DNA from: an uncultured Poribacteria bacterium
Lineage (GTDB): Bacteria > Poribacteria > WGA-4E > WGA-3G
Length of the DNA stretch: 64,000 nucleotides
NCBI GenBank assembly: GCA_951813565.1
Contig: OX638351.1
Location: forward strand, 3,968,001 to 4,032,000
Reading direction: 5' to 3'
Shown here: one piece after another, positions 22,280-30,450 of the stretch
How positions within the stretch are numbered: the stretch's first letter is position 1
Layout: the number at the start of each line of letters is the position of its first letter
Program-made: the position numbers and the translations under genes
Notes under the pieces: model-generated
What the model was told of the DNA's origin: nothing
The model's database searches: none
The model's input: the letters and a program-made list of their open reading frames with translations, nothing else

Positions 22280-22649
22280 ACTATAGTTTGGACAATTTAC
22301 ATATTGTTCGAGGACTTGCTGAGAAACTGTTAGGTGTCCAAAGCAAAATATTGGACACCTGTCGCCCCGCTGGGGCTTTAGACAGCGGCAATTACCTTCT
22401 TCTATATACCTGTCGCCCCGCTGGGGCTAAGGTGTCATCTTATATTATTTATATTTTCTGCGATTTTGCTGGCTGAAAGAACTCGTCCAAAAATACCTTT
22501 TGGGCAGCCCCAGCGGGGCGACAGGTGTATAGAAACGCGGTAAACAACCCGCTTCAGCCCCAGCGGGGCGACAGGTGTCCAATATGAAAACTATATGTTT
22601 TTCTCTAACCCAACCTCACGAAAACAGCTAAAATTGTCCAAAGTATAGT
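22280..22649. repeat. MITE/REPIN-like element with terminal inverted repeats and four internal REP units
   Basis: TIR ACTATAGTTTGGACAATTT / AAATTGTCCAAAGTATAGT; ACCTGTCGCCCCGCTGGGGCT twice forward and twice inverted. Confidence 0.75.
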
Positions 22650-22663
22650 AATTATAGGTTTTA

Positions 22664-24061
22664 CTATAATCCGTTATTTTGTTTTTTTAGTCGGTTACCG
22701 AGTTGTGCGGCGATGTTCTTTCCGCGTTGGGTTACGTGTTGTCCGGAACGTGTGACATGAACTACCCCCTGCTTCAACGTATGTTGCACTCTGTTTTGCA
22801 GAGTTTTTGTTCGGGGTGAGGGGAGCGGTTGATAACAACCATCTTTGTCAAAAACGTGTCCAAGAAATTCAATTCCGTTGTCAAAGTGTGCGATTTTCGT
22901 CTTTTTAGGGTTCAGTTGTAGATTAAGTGTTGCAAGCCGTTTTTGCGCACAATTCAGTGCTTGTCGCGCGCGCCCTTCACTTCGGCACAGCATCAGCGAG
23001 TCATCTGCGTATCGTACCATCCGTATACCAGCCCGTGTCACTGCTTTGTCAAATGCATGCAAGTAAAGGTTCGCTAACAGTGGCGAGAGTGGTGAACCTT
23101 GGATAATTCCGATTTTGCGAGGTTGGTTCAGTCGTTCTTTCACAATACCTACGACAGTAGGTGCAGCGAACGCTGCTAAAGCGAGAGGGGCAATCACAAT
23201 TAAGTTTTTAGTGGCAAGCAGCGATCCTATCCTTTTTGAGTTGGCAAGTAATAGGAGTAGTCCGTCACGACCTAAGTTAACAAGGAATTGATTAAAAGTA
23301 TATTCGCGGAGTTGACTCTGTTGGATACCAAATTCGGTGTCGTGGTCCAACCAATCGTCTGTCATTGAGGCATCACTAATCTGCCGATAGGTGTCGAGAT
23401 GGGATGAACGCTGCAGCAGCTGGTTAATCACTTGTTCAATTCCTTGTCCGATGGAGGAAGCCGTATTTTCAATGTGAGCTACCCATCTGGTGCATTTCGG
23501 AGGCTCCACAATCCCGCCCATATCAAGCCACATCTGAATGAGTCTAAGGATAGGTGTTTCTTTAATTGTAGCTCGGAGAAAACGCATCAGAATACGGTTA
23601 TCCATCGTGCCAAAGAAATTCTGGATATCCGCATCAACCACCCATTCGTACCCCTCGGCGCGGATAGCGTTTACCTGAGCAACTGCTTGTGGTACGCCTC
23701 GATTTGGACGATAACCGAAACTACAATCCAAGAATTTTGCCTCGTAAATCGGCGTGATGAGATCACAAACAGCACGTTGAACGATGCGATCTTTGAGTGC
23801 CAAAACAGAGATTTCGCGTGCGCTGCCGTTCGCTTTTTTCATCGTGAACTTTTGAACTGGCAGCGGATAGTAGCGTTCCTCGGCAAGTTCACGTGCAAGT
23901 TGCCGGAGATGCTTCACAAGGTTCACTTCAAACTGTTGGATGGTAATACCATCACTACCAGGACCGCCTTTATTCGCGCGGACTTTTCGCCACGCTGCTG
24001 CTAACGTTTCAGTTTGACATAGCTGCGTTGTGAGAGACGTTGTAGGGACATAGTTAAACAA
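22664..24061 (-). CDS. CRISPR-associated group II intron-type reverse transcriptase (stand-alone)
   Basis: Motifs AWRKVRANKG.PG.DG, DRIVQ, SFGYRP, DADI..FF, QGSPLSPLLANLYL, RYADD; lies between the array leader and cas1; no intron flanks recognised. Confidence 0.92.
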   Translation of the reverse strand: MFNYVPTTSLTTQLCQTETLAAAWRKVRANKGGPGSDGITIQQFEVNLVKHLRQLARELAEERYYPLPVQKFTMKKANGSAREISVLALKDRIVQRAVCDLITPIYEAKFLDCSFGYRPNRGVPQAVAQVNAIRAEGYEWVVDADIQNFFGTMDNRILMRFLRATIKETPILRLIQMWLDMGGIVEPPKCTRWVAHIENTASSIGQGIEQVINQLLQRSSHLDTYRQISDASMTDDWLDHDTEFGIQQSQLREYTFNQFLVNLGRDGLLLLLANSKRIGSLLATKNLIVIAPLALAAFAAPTVVGIVKERLNQPRKIGIIQGSPLSPLLANLYLHAFDKAVTRAGIRMVRYADDSLMLCRSEGRARQALNCAQKRLATLNLQLNPKKTKIAHFDNGIEFLGHVFDKDGCYQPLPSPRTKTLQNRVQHTLKQGVVHVTRSGQHVTQRGKNIAAQLGNRLKKQNNGL

Positions 24062-24476
24062 TTAGAATCCTCCTTTTTTAATGGAACATACCATCTAACG
24101 TGTCTATTAGAAATAAGAGATGGGTTTGGAGTAAAGTGAAAAAGTTACGAGATTTTGACCTAACAAAATATAGAGGCATTACGAAGAAAAAGGATAGTAA
24201 TATTTAAAAATTTTGACATTTAGACAAATTTAGGGTATACTTTAATAAATACAAACGCGATTGAACGATTGATTGCTGATGGTGATTAAATTGTCCATGA
24301 ACACATAAGGCACCTTGCTTTTGGGTGTTTTTTGCGGGAAAATCGTGTTTGGTTCAGTGTTCATGCGGGTTTAGAGGGTTTTGGACGGAATTTGGGTATT
24401 AAAAAAATCCCAAAAATCTTCGCGTTTGGTTTTGGCTAATTTAGCCCGCACTGTGACAGGGTTTGGAAGGGGTGCG
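24062..24476 (+). promoter_or_regulatory. CRISPR leader with sigma70 promoter (TTGACA 24213-24218, TATACT 24236-24241)
   Basis: AT-rich non-coding region before the first perfect repeat; 17-nt promoter spacing. Confidence 0.8.
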
Positions 24477-27400
24477 GTTCGGAAAGCCTTTCCCGTTTGA
24501 AGGGAATTGAAACGCGGGCTTTAGCCGCCTTGACTAGGTTGTCATTGGGTTCGGAAAGCCTTTCCCGTTTGAAGGGAATTGAAACCAACCTTACCAAACC
24601 CGATTCTTAGGATTTGGCCTTCGTTCGGAAAGCCTTTCCCGTTTGAAGGGAATTGAAACTCATTGGTGGTTGTGACACCAAAGCCAACCTTCAACACGTT
24701 CGGAAAGCCTTTCCCGTTTGAAGGGAATTGAAACACAAACTCTTTTTTTTGGCTCTTACTCCTCCTCCCCGGTTCGGAAAGCCTTTCCCGTTTGAAGGGA
24801 ATTGAAACTACCCATACAGCCTAGAGTCGAAATCTGGAATAGGGCCGAGTTCGGAAAGCCTTTCCCGTTTGAAGGGAATTGAAACTGACTTACAGTCACG
24901 ATGTACGAATTTTCCTTGGGGAAAGTTCGGAAAGCCTTTCCCGTTTGAAGGGAATTGAAACCTCTTTTAATGCCTAAATGACTACAGCCATTCTTCTACC
25001 GTTCGGAAAGCCTTTCCCGTTTGAAGGGAATTGAAACACCTTAATGCACTTGACTTCGAAATTTTCTGCCCATGTTCGGAAAGCCTTTCCCGTTTGAAGG
25101 GAATTGAAACCTCTGGCTCTGGCTCAATCGGTGCATCATCTACCGTTCGGAAAGCCTTTCCCGTTTGAAGGGAATTGAAACTCATAGACCCCGATTGCTG
25201 GGAACAAGTGAGCGATCGCGTGTTCGGAAAGCCTTTCCCGTTTGAAGGGAATTGAAACAAATTTTGTCAGTGGTGGCCTTTTCGTCTCTCAAAAAAGTTC
25301 GGAAAGCCTTTCCCGTTTGAAGGGAATTGAAACTATCTGGAGCTCAATGCTCCGTAAGTCGTTTCCGGGTTCAGTTCGGAAAGCCTTTCCCGTTTGAAGG
25401 GAATTGAAACTCCTTTGATGTTCGGTGTTTGAAAAAACAATCTCCGTTCGGAAAGCCTTTCCCGTTTGAAGGGAATTGAAACATATACTCTTTTGAGCCA
25501 AGCCCTTCGTTTGGATTGTATAGTTCGGAAAGCCTTTCCCGTTTGAAGGGAATTGAAACCTTTCCTCTGTATCTTGTAATAACTCATTTCTGCGTTCGGA
25601 AAGCCTTTCCCGTTTGAAGGGAATTGAAACTTCGCGATACTGTCCGCTAAATCCAACATCACAATCAGTTCGGAAAGCCTTTCCCGTTTGAAGGGAATTG
25701 AAACATGATATTGAATTTCACTTCGGTCAATTTGCGACGAGTTCGGAAAGCCTTTCCCGTTTGAAGGGAATTGAAACGAAACCAGTTACGGAGCCATGCT
25801 ACCCCTAAAACTTGTTCGGAAAGCCTTTCCCGTTTGAAGGGAATTGAAACCCATTCTGCGGTCTCTACAATTTTAAATTTTATTTCGTTCGGAAAGCCTT
25901 TCCCGTTTGAAGGGAATTGAAACGCTTGCATACCCGGCGGTACCAAAGTTGTTGAATTGCGTTCGGAAAGCCTTTCCCGTTTGAAGGGAATTGAAACGGT
26001 TCACCGACAATAGCTATGGTGGTGCCATCAAACAGTTCGGAAAGCCTTTCCCGTTTGAAGGGAATTGAAACATGGTGGTGCCATCAAACAATTCTGCTGA
26101 GGCAGCTACGTTCGGAAAGCCTTTCCCGTTTGAAGGGAATTGAAACCAACGACCCTTACCGCTTTCACGGTGCCGTCTTTTTGTTCGGAAAGCCTTTCCC
26201 GTTTGAAGGGAATTGAAACATCACGACTGTAGTTCGATATTGCGTCGTCTACGTTCGTTCGGAAAGCCTTTCCCGTTTGAAGGGAATTGAAACGAGAAGA
26301 AACTATGGAAACGACTATTAGAGAAACGGTTCGGAAAGCCTTTCCCGTTTGAAGGGAATTGAAACGCAAATCATAATGAACACTATCATCAGGCCGGCAC
26401 ACAAAGTTCGGAAAGCCTTTCCCGTTTGAAGGGAATTGAAACACCTCCGTGATTTCGTGACCGACGATTACTCCATTTTTAGTTCGGAAAGCCTTTCCCG
26501 TTTGAAGGGAATTGAAACCTATAGTAACTGGTAAGGAGGCTGAGCCATTCAGCAGAAGTTCGGAAAGCCTTTCCCGTTTGAAGGGAATTGAAACTTTTCT
26601 CAGCCGTCTTTCCCAGCGCCGCTTGTTGTACGTTCGGAAAGCCTTTCCCGTTTGAAGGGAATTGAAACCGTTAAGATCAAGAGCGTAATTGTCGTTCTAA
26701 GTTTCAAGTTCGGAAAGCCTTTCCCGTTTGAAGGGAATTGAAACACTATTAAGTATCGGGGTGGGTGTGCGATTGTCTTAACTGTTCGGAAAGCCTTTCC
26801 CGTTTGAAGGGAATTGAAACACGATGGCGTCGTTAGAAGTGACTTCGTCCCCAAAACGTTCGGAAAGCCTTTCCCGTTTGAAGGGAATTGAAACTATTTG
26901 CCGACAGCTTTGCTAATACCTTCTTAGCTGACCTCGTTCGGAAAGCCTTTCCCGTTTGAAGGGAATTGAAACATTTCGTTAAGCACAGCCAAAATCAGTT
27001 CTCCTTTGGTTCGGAAAGCCTTTCCCGTTTGAAGGGAATTGAAACACACTACCATCCTAGAGCTGCCAGAGGTGTTCTCTGACTGGTTCGGAAAGCCTTT
27101 CCCGTTTGAAGGGAATTGAAACAAGAAACAATAAATTCGTATGCTGTCTTTCCCAGGCGTCGTTCGGAAAGCCTTTCCCGTTTGAAGGGAATTGAAACAA
27201 GCGTAAGTATCCATCTCTTCTCCTTATTATGTGCGTTCGGAAAGCCTTTCCCGTTTGAAGGGAATTGAAACACTTTTTCTGTCTTACCAACATTATATTT
27301 TCCTCCTGAGTTCGGAAAGCCTTTCCCGTTTGAAGGGAATTGAAACAAATCATTCTTGACACGATCACTAAGAGAGTTCTCGTTCGGAAAGCCTTTCCCG

Positions 27401-28457
27401 TTTGAAGGGAATTGAAACAATGACTGCAAGATAAGAGCAAATAACGCATTAACTCGTTCGGAAAGCCTTTCCCGTTTGAAGGGAATTGAAACGGGTTTTA
27501 TTAAACAATCACACCAACTATAGAAATCGTTCGGAAAGCCTTTCCCGTTTGAAGGGAATTGAAACCTACTCTTCATACTGGCCCAAGCCCAACACCGCTA
27601 GGATTGGTTCGGAAAGCCTTTCCCGTTTGAAGGGAATTGAAACGAATCAAAGAACCCGTCTCGGAACTCCGTCATTGGCGTTCGGAAAGCCTTTCCCGTT
27701 TGAAGGGAATTGAAACACGATAAATCGTATCGGGGTGGGTGTGTTGCGATTGTTCGGAAAGCCTTTCCCGTTTGAAGGGAATTGAAACAAAATCCAGAGC
27801 CGCAAAAAAAATGATAGTTGCCATGTTCGGAAAGCCTTTCCCGTTTGAAGGGAATTGAAACATTTGTAGTGACAACCTTCCCAAAACCAATCTTCAACAG
27901 TTCGGAAAGCCTTTCCCGTTTGAAGGGAATTGAAACAGAAACAAAAAAGAAGTCAGTAAAGTTGGATAAACAATGTTCGGAAAGCCTTTCCCGTTTGAAG
28001 GGAATTGAAACAGAAAATTCCCGGTGGCTACGGTTGCCTCTGCCCCAACGTGTTCGGAAAGCCTTTCCCGTTTGAAGGGAATTGAAACTCATGCGGCGGT
28101 CATACCGCCCGCACCGCCACCTTTGATCGTTCGGAAAGCCTTTCCCGTTTGAAGGGAATTGAAACAGCCATGTTTTCAGTGGCTAGCGAGGACAGAGTTT
28201 CGTTCGGAAAGCCTTTCCCGTTTGAAGGGAATTGAAACATGTGGCGGCCTTCACCATGACGTCATTTGTAGTGGTTCGGAAAGCCTTTCCCGTTTGAAGG
28301 GAATTGAAACCTACGACCATAGCGGTTGAACAACGCCATAATAAGTTCGGAAAGCCTTTCCCGTTTGAAGGGAATAGAAACTTGTAATCTCATCATCAAC
28401 ATATCTGTTTCAGTGACTTTGTTCGGAAAGCCTTTCCCGTTTGAAGGGAATTGATAA
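24477..28457 (+). CRISPR. CRISPR array of 54 repeats (37 nt, GTTCGGAAAGCCTTTCCCGTTTGAAGGGAATTGAAAC) and 53 spacers of ~34-41 nt
   Basis: Counted directly; the last two repeats are degenerate (..AATAGAAAC, ..AATTGATAA); the ATTGAAAC 3' handle and leader position give plus-strand orientation. Confidence 0.99.
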
Positions 28458-28504
28458 ATTATCTCAAATTCAGGTTGTAAAACTTAGAAAGGAGGAAAGA
28501 GTTG

Positions 28505-29455
28505 ATGAAAATTGTTCTTGCTGGTCCCCCTCAATCTGGTAAAAGTTGCTTACGTGAGGGATTGAAGCAGGCTATTCTTGGACTCCAGCGTAACAATTCG
28601 GATATACCATATCCTTATGTAATCACAGCGTGTCCGGATGGTGAAGGAGCATGGTTTCAAGAAACCACGAAAAAATATCCCGAGGTTGCTAAAGCCTGCA
28701 AGGAAGCCTATAAAGGCAAATTCACGCCAAAATTTGTTAAGCTTGTTGCTAAGCATGTACGTAAATGTAAGCAAACCTTGACTATGGTGGACATCGGTGG
28801 ACTTATTAGTAAGGAAAATAAAAAGATATGCAAAGGAGCAACGCATATCGTAATTCTGGCTGGCAACGATTCGGAAAGCGGCGAATGTTGGGATGTCCGG
28901 ATAGCGGAATGGAGAGGATTCGCGAAAGCGTTGGATTTGACTGTGGTGGCAGAGATATTTTCTGATTACCACAGCAAAGCAGATGTTGTTGAAAACGTTG
29001 GCTCGGATAACATCCTCCGCGGAAGTGTTCATTATCTTAAAAGAGGAGTAGACATTGTGGATCGTCCAATGGTTCAGGCATTGGCTCGGCATATTCTTAC
29101 TATAGCGGGGTATCCGCTTACGGGCGAACCTTCTGCGGAATCATCGACCTACATCATTACCCGTGATAAAAACGGTATTTTGCGGGTTGGCTTCGGCACA
29201 CCAGGTGATAACACTCAAATTGTGAAGGATGCCGCTGTGCGTTTGGACGCTATGGAAGAAGCAGGCGAGTTAAGCGGTGGTGATTTACTCAAAATCAATG
29301 GTCCCGCATCATTGCCGGTCGCTATGTTCCTGGGGCATAGGTTGTCTGACCTGTTTGAGGTGATTGCATGCTTTGATCCGAGGATGGATCAGTACGTCAT
29401 CGCAATCAGTCGTAGTTCCGACTCTAAATATGCTGTTGGAAATGTAATTGATTAG
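28505..29455 (+). CDS. csx3: P-loop NTPase fused to a Csx3/Crn3-family ring nuclease domain
   Basis: N-terminal GPPQSGKS Walker A, ACPDGEG.W and VDIGG; C-terminal LRVGFG..N.QIVKDA, KINGPASLPVA..LGH, FDPR..YVIAIS. Confidence 0.82.
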   Translation: MKIVLAGPPQSGKSCLREGLKQAILGLQRNNSDIPYPYVITACPDGEGAWFQETTKKYPEVAKACKEAYKGKFTPKFVKLVAKHVRKCKQTLTMVDIGGLISKENKKICKGATHIVILAGNDSESGECWDVRIAEWRGFAKALDLTVVAEIFSDYHSKADVVENVGSDNILRGSVHYLKRGVDIVDRPMVQALARHILTIAGYPLTGEPSAESSTYIITRDKNGILRVGFGTPGDNTQIVKDAAVRLDAMEEAGELSGGDLLKINGPASLPVAMFLGHRLSDLFEVIACFDPRMDQYVIAISRSSDSKYAVGNVID

Positions 29456-29504
29456 TTCTCAATACAAATGCAGAGTGCTTTGCAAAGTAGAAAGCGATTG
29501 AACA

Positions 29505-29541
29505 GTGCGCTTCTGCTTTACCGTTTGAAGGGCATTGGTCC
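29505..29541 (+). repeat. Degenerate orphan CRISPR repeat
   Basis: GTGCGCTTCTGCTTTACCGTTTGAAGGGCATTGGTCC matches the consensus at 25/37 positions without gaps. Confidence 0.6.
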
Positions 29542-29736
29542 GGCACAGGCACCCGCTAATGCTATACGCGTTTGTCTGTCAATGAACTACACACACACAA
29601 ACAGCGATACCTGTCCATCTACGAGACAGATAAATAAAAAAGGCACGCTTCTAAAGCGCGCCTACATTCATGTTGTTTTCGCGTGGCACAGAGACCTCGC
29701 GCTACAGTGTGTATAAAATACGATTAGGATCACATA

Positions 29737-30012
29737 TTAAACGACAATTGTCTTAGGTTCCGACGTTACATCCCCGACAGCAGGCACTTCAATGCGTCCG
29801 GCGCAAGCATTACAAAGCGCGTAGTACCGCACTGAATCTTCTGAAGAATCGATAATATCCGCAACAGCATGTTTTAATTCCTCATACTGTTTTCGGTTCA
29901 GATGTGCTTCAAACACGCTGTATTGGACACGAGTACCGAATCCTTTAAGTGCTTTCGCAAGTTGACTCCGCCTTCGGTCATCCGGAATATCGTAAGAGAT
30001 AAGATAGAACAT
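29737..30012 (-). CDS. cas2: CRISPR-associated endoribonuclease Cas2
   Basis: Motifs YLISYDIPDDRRR, G.RVQYSVFE, DSVRYY.LC..C. Confidence 0.96.
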   Translation of the reverse strand: MFYLISYDIPDDRRRSQLAKALKGFGTRVQYSVFEAHLNRKQYEELKHAVADIIDSSEDSVRYYALCNACAGRIEVPAVGDVTSEPKTIVV

Positions 30013-30061
30013 CAAATTTCCCTCCATTGATTATGGCTGAATTAATCAGTTCCCACCATTT

Positions 30062-30253
30062 TTGATAATAGCCGCTATATTTGGCATATTTCTCATCATC
30101 GGTATCGCTAAGCGCGCGGTGCGCCTCTTAATCTGGGTCACTGTTATTTTTGTGATTCTCATCGGGCTTGGTATTATGAAACAATCTGAGTTACTTGGCT
30201 GGTTTGAGAATATATTTATAGTAAAATCCAATAATATGTTCACATTTCAATGA
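30062..30253 (+). CDS. Small two-TM membrane protein (possibly a remnant)
   Basis: Two hydrophobic stretches; 3' end runs into a MITE; start uncertain. Confidence 0.35.
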   Translation: MIIAAIFGIFLIIGIAKRAVRLLIWVTVIFVILIGLGIMKQSELLGWFENIFIVKSNNMFTFQ

Positions 30254-30330
30254 ACAGCAATTCCCACACGCATGCGCTGGCGAGGTTTCCTAACCTCGCC
30301 AATGTAAAGGTAATTGTGAATTTTACTATA
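30217..30330. repeat. 114-bp MITE-like element (second copy)
   Basis: Inverted copy of 1096-1209. Confidence 0.75.
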
Positions 30331-30450
30331 ATATGGTGGAGTGATAGTGTAGCGGCTAACTCGGAGAAGTAATACCAAATTACCCAAAATCGTAGGGGCG
30401 GGTCTCTGTGCCCGCCCGTGTTCTCGGCAGTGAAAACAATACAAAACTTG

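Noticed and set aside
22664..24061. RT as a group II intron, retron or DGR
   Set aside because: No intron domain V/VI, msr-msd or TR/VR pair seen; context next to cas1 and the array indicates a CRISPR RT.
25705..25886. S17 (RRKLTEVKFNI) and S19 (EIKFKIVETAEW) resemble the N-terminus of archaeal-type Csx3
   Set aside because: The match is too generic to support without a database search.
26669..26707. S30 ends in GTTTCAA, complementary to the repeat handle (anti-crRNA spacer?)
   Set aside because: Only 7 nt; the target reads equally well as a TTG-start signal peptide (MKLRTTITLLILT).
24542..28092. Many ORFs over the array (FQFPSNGKGFPN and similar)
   Set aside because: They are translations of the CRISPR repeats, not genes.
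29160..29420. Self-targeting of host csx3 by the Csx3-like spacers
   Set aside because: Similarity is at the peptide level only; the nucleotides carry many mismatches (host ATTTTGCGGGTTGGCTTCGGCACA vs S3 target GTGTTGAAGGTTGGCTTTGGTGTC).
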